A stretch of DNA of 64,000 nucleotides, taken from the IMG/VR virus record IMGVR_UViG_3300031994_000064, positions 18,984-82,983 of that record; one strand, 5' to 3'. This DNA is from a virus (taxonomy: Duplodnaviria > Caudoviricetes). Shown one piece after another: positions 8,124 through 18,229 of the stretch. The notes below the pieces were generated by a model. The model made no database searches, was not told where the DNA came from, and saw nothing but the letters and a program-made list of their open reading frames with translations. The number at the start of each line of letters is the position of its first letter. Positions within the stretch are counted from its first letter, which is position 1. The translations under genes and the position numbers were made by a program.

Positions 8124-8612
8124 CTACTTTTTTACAATTATTTTATTCTCAACTTTGACTTTGTTATAAGTCTTGAAATCTTTCGTCCATAACAATTTCA
8201 TACGGTTACCAGTGCTTCTGTATGCAACGTGAATCCATTGAGCCGAGACAATCTCGCCGTTGGTGTTGAACTTCGCGCCCTCGATGATGCACTCGTCATA
8301 AGGTATTTTCAGTTCAAGCAAAGATTTGACTATAAGGATGTTGTCCGTGCTGTCGTTACCAATATGAATGTCCGCCGCACAAGCTATTTTGTGGTTCGAT
8401 GTCGGGCTGCCACCAACAGCTTTGTTCAAAGCGTCAGGTCTGTACCCGCTCGTCACCCTTATCGGTCTTCCGAGTTTAACCCGCAATGGGTCAAGCAGTT
8501 TCTCGATAAGCGCGACAATGTTTCTGTACTCTGCCGTGCCTTGTTTCGGCACTTGCACAAGTTTTGGATGAGACCCCGACACACACAACTCTTGAACCGA
8601 AAAATACAACAT
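8124..8612 (-). CDS. Endolysin, peptidase M15A family
   Basis: PIRVTSGYR, SNHKIACAADI, WIHV zinc-peptidase motifs. Confidence 0.9.
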   Translation of the reverse strand: MLYFSVQELCVSGSHPKLVQVPKQGTAEYRNIVALIEKLLDPLRVKLGRPIRVTSGYRPDALNKAVGGSPTSNHKIACAADIHIGNDSTDNILIVKSLLELKIPYDECIIEGAKFNTNGEIVSAQWIHVAYRSTGNRMKLLWTKDFKTYNKVKVENKIIVKK

Positions 8613-8635
8613 CCTTACAAATCTTTTTCTCGTTG

Positions 8636-8643
8636 CAAAAATA
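8636..8643 (-). promoter_or_regulatory. -7 promoter box of lysis cassette
   Basis: TATTTTTG upstream of endolysin. Confidence 0.6.
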
Positions 8644-8666
8644 CGATTTTTATGATAACAAAAATA

Positions 8667-11600
8667 TTATGACTCCAAAATTGCGTGTACTTTCAGATAG
8701 CTGCCTCCGCCGTTGCCTTGGTAACCTCCGGAATGCACAACGCTGTCGAGCAACAAGTTAATTGACGTGGTTTGCGCCGCCACGATTTTCAGCTGCTGCA
8801 ACATCGGGTTGCTGTTGTTGTCTATCGTCAGACCGTTAAGCAGGTTCTGCAACAGCTGGTTGTTGTCGGCAACGTAAAACCTCACGCTGTTCAAATACGC
8901 GGCGAGAATGTCTGCGGTTTCCTCGGTCATGCCTTGCAAACCTGCTTGCAGACCCTCAAGACCGCCACCGATGCCAGTGACACTCTGAATCGCGTTAACG
9001 GCAGCCTGCATCTCTTCGTCGGCTTGCACAGCCAAATCGTGGTATTGGTTAATCCAGTCGTTTAGAGCGTCAAGGTTGCCCATAACACCTCCCTCAGTGC
9101 CGAGAATCTTGTCCAAACCGCTTAAAAAGTTATCGCCGAAATACTTTGTCATAATGTTGTTCATCAAATGTTTTTTGACAATATTCTCAAAAAATTCTTC
9201 AAACGAATCTTCAAGACCGCTAAGACCGTCACCTGTCTCTTTGAAAGCCTCGTACCAAGCGTCAGTCCACTCTTCAACGGTTGATTTCATGTTCGCCGCG
9301 CTGCCGAAACCTCCGAGAGCCTCGTAGAAATTCTCTATGCCCTCTTGCATCTCCTTGTTTAAGCTGTCTATTTGGTTTTGGTAATCATCAATGACGGCTT
9401 GGTCGGACTTTTTCTTCGCTTCTTCGGCTTCTTTCATGTCTTCAAGAGTGGCAATGGCAAGTTCACGTGTCCTTATAAGAGCAGCGTCAAGTTGGCGCAA
9501 TTCTTCTTCGGCATAAGAGCTTTCAAATGCTTCTGACAAGTCTTCGGCAGTTTTTTCAAGCTTGTCAAGGCTTTTTTGCAGTTTCTCTATTTCTGCTTGT
9601 TTGTAAGAATCGTGAAGCCCCGAAATCGCTTTTATTCCAGACATAATCAGCGTAATAGCCTCGGCAATAAGACCAATCCAGCCAGCCGCCGCATTGATAG
9701 CCGTTTCAGCGGTTGTAATAGACGCAACCATCGCAGGTAACATCTGAAGCGCACGGGATATTGTGTCAAACATTTCATCTCCGAACTCTTTCCACGCTTG
9801 ACCTATTGTGTCAGTGCCGACACCTATGCTTTCAAGACCTTCGTAAATAGAGTCAAAAGACTCTTTTGCCTTTTGAGTCCAATCACCGAGCAATTCGCCC
9901 ATTGCCTTCACCGCTTTTGCCCAATCGTCAAGTCTCTTTTTTGTGTCTGCGAGCTGGTTTGCTTGACTTGTTACTTTTTTTAAGCTTTCGTTAGCTTTGT
10001 CAAGATTGATTTGCAAATCTTCAAATTCCGCGAACGGGTCTCCGCCGTTTTCTTCAAATTTCTTACGAGCAGAAAACAATTTTCCGATAGATTTTGCAAG
10101 TTTGTCGTACTTCAAGTATTCTTGTTCGTTTTCTGACAAACCAAGTCTGTCTTCTTCTCCGCTCAATATTTTTGCAAGACGGTCGTTGCTTATTTTATTT
10201 GCGGCTTCTTCTCTCTTTTTTTCAACGTCTTTTAATGTGTTTTCAAGTTCTTCTGAATTGTATATATCTCTCCAATCAACGCCTTGCTCTTCAAGCATTT
10301 TTTTCGCCTCGTCGCGTTCTTTCCCAGCACCGAGCAATGTTTCTTTTAAGTCAACATCTCTTTTTGCTTCATACTGCTTTTGGCGGGCAATGTTTACTGC
10401 TTCGTCAAGTGTTTTTCTGAAATTCTTGATGGGGGCGTTCAAATCTTTTTCGCCTAAAACTTCATTGATAAGATTTCTTGTCTTCAAATCTTTAGTTGCC
10501 GATTTATATTCTTTTATAGAATCAGCCAAAGATTTGAACGGGTTTCTCTTAATCATCTCGTCACGCAGTTTCTGCATTTGCTCTGTGATGGCTTTCAAAT
10601 CCGACGGAGATAAGTTTTTCAAAGAAGATTTCAGCTCTTCCAAATGTCTCAACATTGACTCTATCGCTTTGTTTGACACACGCTCCAAATCTTCAAACAC
10701 CTCAATGTACATGTCTGAACTTGTGAACGTCTTCCAATCTATCTCGTCAAGTTTTTTCTGCGTCTCTTTCTGCAAGTTGTCAAGTATGCGCATCGTTTCG
10801 TTTTCGTCAAACGGCAAAGCGTAAATTTCGGCACGCTGACGCATATATTCCAACTCAACCTTTGCACGCTCGCCATATTCTTCACGCAGATATTTGACGT
10901 ATTTCTTTGCCATCTCAAGGTTCGCCTTGTCATTGATTTCGACAATCTTGCGCATAAATTGGCGGTACTCCTTCTCCATATTGCGACCGACAAACTCTTC
11001 TTTCATGGATTCGAGCTTCTTTTCAAGCGTCAGCAAATCCTTCGTGTCAATGTTGAACAGCTTGCCAACCTCTTCAGCGTCAACACCGAGTTTTCCAAGC
11101 TCGATGGTCAGATTGTAGTCGTCAAACATCTTCTGCACCTGCGCCTTGAGGCGTTCGTCCTCGCGGGCTTTCAATTCGAGTTCGGCTTCGAGTTTTATTT
11201 GTCCGACAGCCTCTCCCCATGCACGCTGCAACTCTTCTTTTTCTTTCTTTGTCAAATCCTTCGCGCTGTCAATAAGACCTTTGACAATGTTTTCGGCTTC
11301 TACAGTGCCTTCTTTCGTTGTGAAATCAATGCTTCTTAACGTGTTTTGGAAAGCCTTCTTGAACTTTGTCGGCATCGCGCCGAATTTCGCCTCAAACGAT
11401 GACAGAATGCGGTTTGTCGCGCCTGCCCATTTTGCGGAATCTTTCTCGTTGAAATTCTTTCTCAACGTGTCGAACTCCCTGTTCAGCTCACGCACAAAGT
11501 CAATCATAGACTGATATTCGGACTTCATGCTTTTTGCCCTTGTAGAAGAACTTTTATCTTCTGGCCATTCATAAAGCATCCTGTCACCAAAAATCTTTGC

Positions 11601-14600
11601 GTTAGAAAGCTCTGTGTTGATATAATTTATCATATCTTGAAGAGTGTGGAACTGAGTACCCATCAACTGATTCATTCTCGTCTTAATAACCTCTTCTTCG
11701 ATTTGATTCTTCTTTCCTCTTTCTATAAGTTTTAAGTATTCTTGGTACTTCTGAACCTCGTCTTTGAAAGTTTTTTCTTTCTCTTTTTCTCCTCCGACGG
11801 CATCTTGGACGGCTTTTACTATTCTCATTGCCGTTTCAAGTTCGTTTTTTCGTTCTTCGTTGACTTGTTGCAGCGGGTCTATCAATGCCTGTTCTGCCTC
11901 TACTTGAGTTCCTATAAAGTCGGGTAAATCGCCAGTTCTTTTTATTTCAACATCATATACAAGTGTTCTTACATATCCGTTTTCGTCTGAATTTGCTATA
12001 TCGTCAATAAGACGCTGAAGGTTTGTGTTTGTTGCATCCGTTTTTGCTTTCTGCGCTTCAAATATAATAGTAGCGGTGTATGACTTGTCAAGATCTAATA
12101 TGTCAGAAACAAGGTCTGGCATATTTTGTTTTGCAAATTCACCAGCGTCTGCGAAAGCATCAATCACAGCGGATATTTTTGTTTGTACTGCTTTTTTGTA
12201 TTCTTCTTCTGTTCCAACAAAATCGTCTGGGCTTATAACTTTTTTGATTGCTGGTTCAAGTTCTTTTTTTGCGTTTGCAAGTGCTTTCTTGTAAGAACTT
12301 GTAAACTTTGTCAAATCTGTTACTGCGTTTTTTAGAAACGTATTTTCTGCCTCAGAAAGACCTTGAACGCTTCTGCCTCCAAGTGTTATGTTTTGAGCAT
12401 TTGTGGTTATTCCAGCCATAATTTGCATTCGCTCAAGTCTGGCAATCTTCCATTGCTCGTTTGTCATTTTGTATTTTTTGACAGCTTCTTCTTCGTTTTT
12501 TGAGAAAGCCTCATCTATTTCACGAAGGTTATCTACCATCTTTTTTTGCTCGTCTGAAAGATGCTCATAGTCACCTATGAGCATATTCATCATATTTTGG
12601 TATCCCAAAGAAGCGTTTGCAAACTCAAGGTTTGTTGCGTTTAGCTTTTCAAGAGCCTCGTTTACATCAACAGAATATAATGCTGATTTGTACAAAAGAA
12701 CTTGATGTGTGTATTCTTCAATCTGCTTACTCGCGCTTTCAAAATTCTTGTCTATGTTAGATTGAGTTATGTTTTCGTCTATCTCCAAAGCCATCTTATA
12801 CTCTTTGGCTTTTTCGATAAGTTGTTGTAACAAAGCAATACGACCGCTAAATGTTTTGTCTTTGCTATATGCTTGTTCAATCGTTTTCATTTCAGACATC
12901 CTTTTGTTGTACTCGGAAATCTCTTCAACAAGAGAACGCTGTATTTCTTCTCTTTTTGCTTTTGCCTCCTGATGTCTTGCCAAAAAGAAAGCAAAAGCTG
13001 CGGCGGCTGCTTGTATCCCTATTGTGAGCGCGTTCATCCCAATTTTTGCATTCCATATAGATGTAGTCAGTGCTGTAAATCTTGTGGAACCTAACGCACG
13101 TGCAACGACCCATCCTTCTTTTAATGAAATAGCTAAACTTTTTGCTCCACTTGTAATAGCCGCAAAATTACGAATCAGTTTTACAAACAAAGCAGAACCA
13201 GCCCAAGCCACCATTATTGAAATTACTTCACGTAAATGTCTAATAAAAAACTGAATTGTAGTTATCACTTTTAGAAGCACCCCAGATGTAGATGTTCCGA
13301 TTTTGTTCATCGAAATCTGGAACAAGTCTCCGAGTTTCTGCAACTGCCCGTAAAGCGTCTGTGACTGAATCAGCTGCATATTGTAGAACTCGCCACCGCT
13401 TTGAGTCATGCGTTTCAGCACCGCGTCAACGTCTTCAAACAGCACTTTTCGCTTTGAAACGCTGTCGAAAATCTCGTTGATAGACATGTTGATGTTCTTT
13501 GTTTCGCGGTAATACTCTTGCAGTCCGCCGAGAATGTTCACACCCGCTTCGGAGAACTGACGCAACTCTTGACCGCGCAGATAGTTTGCCGCTTTTACCT
13601 GCCCATAAGCAAGGATAAGTCTGTCCATATCAACACCGACACCGACAGCAATATCTCCAAGCATCTTCAAAGAATCATACAAATTGGTTGTTTCAATACG
13701 GAAAGCCGCCAACTGCTTTGCATAGCGGTTCAAGTCCATGAATTTCATTGGAGATTCGACCGCCAAAGACTGCATTTGCTTGAACAACACGTTCGCCTCT
13801 CTCGTGTTTTGAATAATTGCACCCAATGCGCGTTGTTGCAACTGAAACTCTGCTGTTATTTTGTAAAGCTGCTTGACAAAGTTTGTAGCACCAAACACAC
13901 CTGTCATAACTCCGAAAGACATTGCGAGTTGTTCAACCATGCTTTTTGACTTTGAAAAAGCGGATGAAAGCCTGTCTGCAATGTTGGCGTTTCTGCCAAG
14001 CATAAACTCCAAACTTTTGATTTGCTGACCGAGTTTAGCGTATTCTTGCTGACCTTTTTTCGTTGCAAGATTGCAGTTCTCTTGGGCGGCACGAAGCCCA
14101 GCAAGCGCGTTGTTAATGCGCTTGATAGATTTTTCTTGCTTAAGGTACTCTTGAATCGCAGATTTGTCTCCTGTCAAAACTTTTTCTTCTTGTATTTGCT
14201 CAAGAGTCTTTTGAAGAGACTTTGCGTTTTTTAATATTTGTTCTTCGTTTTTTAATGTTTTTGACGCTTCGTCTGACGCTTTTTTTTGAGCATCAGCTTG
14301 ACCTTTTGTTGCGCTTGCGGCTTGCGATGCGCTTTGTGCCGTATGCTGTTGGGCGTTTGCGGTTTGTTGAGCGTAAACAGAACTTTGTTTTAACGAATTT
14401 AAGATTGTGGTTGCAGCAATAGCACCTGCTTGCGCACTTGCGTTTTGAACTTTGTTTAACTGTTCAATTACGTTTGTCATTCCAAGTTCGCTTGCCGTAC
14501 CTTTAAGCGTCCTTAACTGCTCAATAAGAGCTTGAAAACTTTTAACAGCTTCGGCGTTCCCACTACCAATTTGTTTTCTAAAATCTTCAAGTATTTTGCT

Positions 14601-14777
14601 CGTGGACTGAAGGTCGCTTTTAAAAACATTCACGTTTGTTTTTTCAGACAAATCTCCAAATCTTTGAATGTTTTTTGAGGCTATGTCAAAACTTCTGCCA
14701 AGTTTTTGTATGTCGTTTTGAACGTCTTTTATCTGTTTGTCAAGACCTGTCAAATCAATCTCTTCTCCTGCACCCAT
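8667..14777 (-). CDS. Tail tape measure protein (2036 aa)
   Basis: Long helical K/E/A-rich protein with tape-measure domain (ESPMKFMDL..AYGQVKA..ELRQFSEAG) and TM segments; follows chaperones. Confidence 0.93.
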   Translation of the reverse strand: MGAGEEIDLTGLDKQIKDVQNDIQKLGRSFDIASKNIQRFGDLSEKTNVNVFKSDLQSTSKILEDFRKQIGSGNAEAVKSFQALIEQLRTLKGTASELGMTNVIEQLNKVQNASAQAGAIAATTILNSLKQSSVYAQQTANAQQHTAQSASQAASATKGQADAQKKASDEASKTLKNEEQILKNAKSLQKTLEQIQEEKVLTGDKSAIQEYLKQEKSIKRINNALAGLRAAQENCNLATKKGQQEYAKLGQQIKSLEFMLGRNANIADRLSSAFSKSKSMVEQLAMSFGVMTGVFGATNFVKQLYKITAEFQLQQRALGAIIQNTREANVLFKQMQSLAVESPMKFMDLNRYAKQLAAFRIETTNLYDSLKMLGDIAVGVGVDMDRLILAYGQVKAANYLRGQELRQFSEAGVNILGGLQEYYRETKNINMSINEIFDSVSKRKVLFEDVDAVLKRMTQSGGEFYNMQLIQSQTLYGQLQKLGDLFQISMNKIGTSTSGVLLKVITTIQFFIRHLREVISIMVAWAGSALFVKLIRNFAAITSGAKSLAISLKEGWVVARALGSTRFTALTTSIWNAKIGMNALTIGIQAAAAAFAFFLARHQEAKAKREEIQRSLVEEISEYNKRMSEMKTIEQAYSKDKTFSGRIALLQQLIEKAKEYKMALEIDENITQSNIDKNFESASKQIEEYTHQVLLYKSALYSVDVNEALEKLNATNLEFANASLGYQNMMNMLIGDYEHLSDEQKKMVDNLREIDEAFSKNEEEAVKKYKMTNEQWKIARLERMQIMAGITTNAQNITLGGRSVQGLSEAENTFLKNAVTDLTKFTSSYKKALANAKKELEPAIKKVISPDDFVGTEEEYKKAVQTKISAVIDAFADAGEFAKQNMPDLVSDILDLDKSYTATIIFEAQKAKTDATNTNLQRLIDDIANSDENGYVRTLVYDVEIKRTGDLPDFIGTQVEAEQALIDPLQQVNEERKNELETAMRIVKAVQDAVGGEKEKEKTFKDEVQKYQEYLKLIERGKKNQIEEEVIKTRMNQLMGTQFHTLQDMINYINTELSNAKIFGDRMLYEWPEDKSSSTRAKSMKSEYQSMIDFVRELNREFDTLRKNFNEKDSAKWAGATNRILSSFEAKFGAMPTKFKKAFQNTLRSIDFTTKEGTVEAENIVKGLIDSAKDLTKKEKEELQRAWGEAVGQIKLEAELELKAREDERLKAQVQKMFDDYNLTIELGKLGVDAEEVGKLFNIDTKDLLTLEKKLESMKEEFVGRNMEKEYRQFMRKIVEINDKANLEMAKKYVKYLREEYGERAKVELEYMRQRAEIYALPFDENETMRILDNLQKETQKKLDEIDWKTFTSSDMYIEVFEDLERVSNKAIESMLRHLEELKSSLKNLSPSDLKAITEQMQKLRDEMIKRNPFKSLADSIKEYKSATKDLKTRNLINEVLGEKDLNAPIKNFRKTLDEAVNIARQKQYEAKRDVDLKETLLGAGKERDEAKKMLEEQGVDWRDIYNSEELENTLKDVEKKREEAANKISNDRLAKILSGEEDRLGLSENEQEYLKYDKLAKSIGKLFSARKKFEENGGDPFAEFEDLQINLDKANESLKKVTSQANQLADTKKRLDDWAKAVKAMGELLGDWTQKAKESFDSIYEGLESIGVGTDTIGQAWKEFGDEMFDTISRALQMLPAMVASITTAETAINAAAGWIGLIAEAITLIMSGIKAISGLHDSYKQAEIEKLQKSLDKLEKTAEDLSEAFESSYAEEELRQLDAALIRTRELAIATLEDMKEAEEAKKKSDQAVIDDYQNQIDSLNKEMQEGIENFYEALGGFGSAANMKSTVEEWTDAWYEAFKETGDGLSGLEDSFEEFFENIVKKHLMNNIMTKYFGDNFLSGLDKILGTEGGVMGNLDALNDWINQYHDLAVQADEEMQAAVNAIQSVTGIGGGLEGLQAGLQGMTEETADILAAYLNSVRFYVADNNQLLQNLLNGLTIDNNSNPMLQQLKIVAAQTTSINLLLDSVVHSGGYQGNGGGSYLKVHAILES

Positions 14778-14809
14778 AATAATCTATGTTTTTATCGTTA
14801 ATACTCTTG

Positions 14810-15061
14810 TTAAAAACCCATCGGCTGACCCAAATCGTTCAACCAGTCAAAACCGTATTCGCCTCCTATCTGAACGGCATCGCGCTCGGCTTTCCTGCGC
14901 TTCGCCTCTTTCTCGCTCAAATGCTCCAAATGCGTGTTGTCGAACCGCATCAGCTGTATCATCGGCACACTCAACCTCCACAAGTAATCGTCAACACTCA
15001 CAGAAGGAAACGCCTTGATGAAATCAACCATGTCGCCGATTTCACTCACAGCGTATATCAT
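14810..15061 (-). CDS. Tail assembly chaperone, downstream part (gpT-like)
   Basis: ATG overlaps upstream TGA (ATGA); frame also open back to a T9 run. Confidence 0.6.
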   Translation of the reverse strand: MIYAVSEIGDMVDFIKAFPSVSVDDYLWRLSVPMIQLMRFDNTHLEHLSEKEAKRRKAERDAVQIGGEYGFDWLNDLGQPMGF

Positions 15062-15633
15062 TTCTGTTCTTTCGTCTTCGTCCTCATCCTCTTCTTCTTC
15101 GTCACCGCTTGTCTGAATACGTCCAGCATATCCAGACTCTGCAAAAAAAAACTTATGTCGAGAAGGCTCAATGTCTCTATCAGTATCTTGCCGAACTGCT
15201 TCGGGTCGCAATCCCACATAAGCGTGTTATAAGTAGCCTCGTAAAGCTCAGAAAACCCTTTTGACGGGTCTCCGTCTTCGTATATCTTGTTCTTGTCGTT
15301 AAGCAAAGCCAACGTGAAAATATGAATCGTAGCAGGCACGCTTTTGGCAAAATGCTTTACAGTACCGCCGAAAGCGTCTTGCTTTTCGCCGTCAGAATCT
15401 TCTTTCGGCGCGTTTGCGTTGATTTCAAGAACCTTTTCCGCTATCAGGTTCTGAGTTCCAGCCCTCAACGGACGTATCGCCCATTCAGTGCCCTCCAACG
15501 CAACAATTGTCGGCGTGTCGTTCAATATTTTCGCAAGCCGCATCTGGTCTTCAAGGCTCACATCGGGGCAACCTTTGCGCTTTTCCTCGGCAAGCCGCTG
15601 TTTTTTGTCGCTTTTTACTTTTTCAATAGCCAC
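15058..15633 (-). CDS. Tail assembly chaperone (gpG-like)
   Basis: Position between major tail and tape measure genes. Confidence 0.65.
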   Translation of the reverse strand: MAIEKVKSDKKQRLAEEKRKGCPDVSLEDQMRLAKILNDTPTIVALEGTEWAIRPLRAGTQNLIAEKVLEINANAPKEDSDGEKQDAFGGTVKHFAKSVPATIHIFTLALLNDKNKIYEDGDPSKGFSELYEATYNTLMWDCDPKQFGKILIETLSLLDISFFLQSLDMLDVFRQAVTKKKRMRTKTKEQK

Positions 15634-15657
15634 TTTTTCAAGTTTTTATATTCGGTG

Positions 15658-15665
15658 CAAAAATA
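15658..15665 (-). promoter_or_regulatory. -7 promoter box
   Basis: TATTTTTG upstream of chaperone gene. Confidence 0.6.
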
Positions 15666-15677
15666 CAAAAAAAATGC

Positions 15678-15707
15678 AAAAAGAAAGGCGGGGCATATCA
15701 CCCCGCC
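15678..15707 (-). terminator. Intrinsic terminator after major tail gene
   Basis: GGCGGGG/CCCCGCC stem followed by T-rich tract on minus strand. Confidence 0.75.
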
Positions 15708-15742
15708 AATCCCACAATTATGAAAAAACTTACCAATTAAGG

Positions 15743-16420
15743 TTAAGAAAGATAGAACTCGCCGTTTGTGGCTGCCGTAACAGAACCGACAGCGACAAGG
15801 TTTGCAGCGGTAGCCGCATCGGTCGCGCTGTTTGCAACGCTGATGGCTTGCGAGGTAATCGGGTTCAAGTACGCGATTTCGGTTTCGGCGTTCTTGTTCG
15901 AGTAGTCGATGTAGCCTTGCATTGCCGTGCCGGAAATCTGCGCCGAGCCAGTGGAGGTCTTGAACGTGCCAAGCGTGGTCTTCGCGCTCATTGAGACCTT
16001 GGGCAACACGATGATGGGTGCGCTCGTCGGGTGGAACGTGATGACGATGGTGGCATAGCTTTCTGCAGATGCCGCCTCGGAAACCATCACGTCAACAGGC
16101 GTAGAGCCGGAGGTGTCGATTTCGCGAGTCCAACCAAACACGCGCTGCATAATGTCAAACGACATATCAACGCAGTCTGCGGTGACCGTGCGCTCGCCTT
16201 TGGTGGAAGAACTCATCAGAGGGGTGTCGCCAAATTCCCAATCAACGGTCTCGGTGGTCGGGTCACCCTGCTCGATGCTGATGGAGTCGGCAAGAATCTC
16301 AACGATGTCGTAAGTGCTCGTGCCGGGCTTCCATACATTGTTGGTGAACACCCAAGGGGTGTAGTACATGTGGGAGGCTTTGTGAACAAAGACGCTGCCC
16401 TTTAATTGTGTAACTGCCAT
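15743..16420 (-). CDS. Major tail tube protein
   Basis: Size, beta-rich T/S/A composition, position, strong codon bias. Confidence 0.7.
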   Translation of the reverse strand: MAVTQLKGSVFVHKASHMYYTPWVFTNNVWKPGTSTYDIVEILADSISIEQGDPTTETVDWEFGDTPLMSSSTKGERTVTADCVDMSFDIMQRVFGWTREIDTSGSTPVDVMVSEAASAESYATIVITFHPTSAPIIVLPKVSMSAKTTLGTFKTSTGSAQISGTAMQGYIDYSNKNAETEIAYLNPITSQAISVANSATDAATAANLVAVGSVTAATNGEFYLS

Positions 16421-16458
16421 AATGTAAAGATTTTAATTGTTAATGATAAAATTTCTTG

Positions 16459-16857
16459 TTAAAAAACCATGATGTTAAGCTCTACGATGTTGTAGTGCCA
16501 GTTTCTTTTGGTATCGTAGTCGGTGTAGGTCGCTCTTCTTGAGATTTGGTAGTGCGGGTTGTTGGCGTTTCTGATGATTTCGTTCAGACGCTGCTCCAAC
16601 TGGCTCATCTTCGGAACGTTCTTGCTGCCGTCGGTGTTCGGTCTTGCGTACAAGAGTATCATTACCGTGCCGCTCGCCCTTGCATCCTCGTCAACAATGC
16701 TGCTGCCGCAGTCTATAAGGCACATTTCCTGCCACGTGTCCTTGATGGTTTCGGGCAGCGTGCCTACAAAAGTCTGCTGCGTCAGCGTTCCGTAAAGTTC
16801 GCCGTAAAGATAGCTTTCTATCTTCGATATGTTGAATTTGTCGTCTGCTACATTCAT
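16459..16857 (-). CDS. Tail terminator/completion protein
   Basis: Synteny, size. Confidence 0.5.
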   Translation of the reverse strand: MNVADDKFNISKIESYLYGELYGTLTQQTFVGTLPETIKDTWQEMCLIDCGSSIVDEDARASGTVMILLYARPNTDGSKNVPKMSQLEQRLNEIIRNANNPHYQISRRATYTDYDTKRNWHYNIVELNIMVF

Positions 16858-16859
16858 AG

Positions 16860-17477
16860 TTAATAAGTTGTCGTTCCTACTTCAATTCCTATCATTTTGA
16901 TTGCGCTTTTGCCCTTACCGAGATAACTGTTGACAGCATCTTCAATAAGGTTGATTGTACGATAGCGCATATTGCCCCTTTTAAACCAAGCGTAAGGCAT
17001 ACCAACCGTAAGCACAATTTCGTAGCCTTTCTTTACTTTCAGTATTTTCTTGGCTTCTCTTGCAGCGTAAACAGCATAGTCTCTGCCCGTTTTTCTCGCC
17101 ATGTTTTGATTCACGGCGTATTTCCAAGGTCTGTCGCCTTTGCCGTTTAAATCAAAGCCGTAAACGGGGTTTTTCTTGACAAACGGGTTGCCGTATAAAG
17201 CTCTGTTTTTAGAGCCGTGCTTTGTGCTTGTCACAAAATGCGCACCGTCAGTCTCAACACCGAGAACCTTTCCGTTGTAGAACAAGATTCCGACCACGCT
17301 TGCCGCATAGTTCCACGTTCGGTATTTCATGAACCTGCTGCCCATGAACTGTGCATAGTCAACAGCTTCAATCAATCTTCTCAACCATAGCGATTCGGTT
17401 TGTCGCAGCCGTCTTTCGGCGGTGTCAACAACCGCGTTCATCACGTTCTCACGCCATTGTGAAATTTTGAACCCCAT
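16860..17477 (-). CDS. Basic neck/tail completion protein
   Basis: Synteny; RTWNYAASVVG motif, basic composition. Confidence 0.45.
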   Translation of the reverse strand: MGFKISQWRENVMNAVVDTAERRLRQTESLWLRRLIEAVDYAQFMGSRFMKYRTWNYAASVVGILFYNGKVLGVETDGAHFVTSTKHGSKNRALYGNPFVKKNPVYGFDLNGKGDRPWKYAVNQNMARKTGRDYAVYAAREAKKILKVKKGYEIVLTVGMPYAWFKRGNMRYRTINLIEDAVNSYLGKGKSAIKMIGIEVGTTTY

Positions 17478-17479
17478 CG

Positions 17480-17830
17480 CTACACGTCGTTAGCCTGCAC
17501 GTAGGCGACAAAACCGCCGAGCTGCGAGGGGAAAACCCCCTCTACCTTGCCCTCTATCAGCAAACCGTACATGTTGGCGCGAAACATCACACCTCGGTTC
17601 ACCTCTATCGGATTCACCGACTCCTTGTCGAAAGGGACGAAAATGGAGTACACCGCCTTGATGAACTCACCAACCCTCGAATGGCTTGCCTCGGTGATGT
17701 CGCATTTCGTCTCCAACAAAACAACCTCACTCTCAACCTGCAACTCAAGAGGCAAGCTCTTGTCTATTTCTGACGTGTAAAAAACCCCATCAAACGGGTA
17801 CTCCTGTATTTCGTCTCTGTCTATGTGCAT
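17480..17830 (-). CDS. Head closure protein
   Basis: Synteny, size. Confidence 0.5.
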   Translation of the reverse strand: MHIDRDEIQEYPFDGVFYTSEIDKSLPLELQVESEVVLLETKCDITEASHSRVGEFIKAVYSIFVPFDKESVNPIEVNRGVMFRANMYGLLIEGKVEGVFPSQLGGFVAYVQANDV

Positions 17831-17849
17831 CGTACTATTTATTCAAAAA

Positions 17850-18218
17850 CTAAAAGAACTTTCCTTCGTCAATCCACTTGACACGACCAGCGATACCGTC
17901 AAGCAACTCGTCTTCACCATAGCGTCTGTATATGCCCATGAATATCTGATACAACTCATCGCGGTTGATGGTCTGCGACCCGACAGTTTTCGAGTAAGAG
18001 CCGTGCTGGTGCGTGTGGTTAGCCATCATGTTCGGCGAACAATACGCGGTGTACAGCAAGTCAGCCAACAACAAATCCTTGTCGCGCTGCGTAAGAGAAT
18101 CGTATGACGTGACCTCGGACACGCCTCTGTCAAGGGCTATGCGCTCGATGACGGTCTTGTCGAACACGAATCCCGTCAACCCCTCGATGTACTTGTATAT
18201 GTCAAATTCATCAGCCAT
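17850..18218 (-). CDS. Head-tail adaptor protein
   Basis: Directly after major capsid gene; helical. Confidence 0.55.
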   Translation of the reverse strand: MADEFDIYKYIEGLTGFVFDKTVIERIALDRGVSEVTSYDSLTQRDKDLLLADLLYTAYCSPNMMANHTHQHGSYSKTVGSQTINRDELYQIFMGIYRRYGEDELLDGIAGRVKWIDEGKFF

Positions 18219-18229
18219 GATTCAGACGT

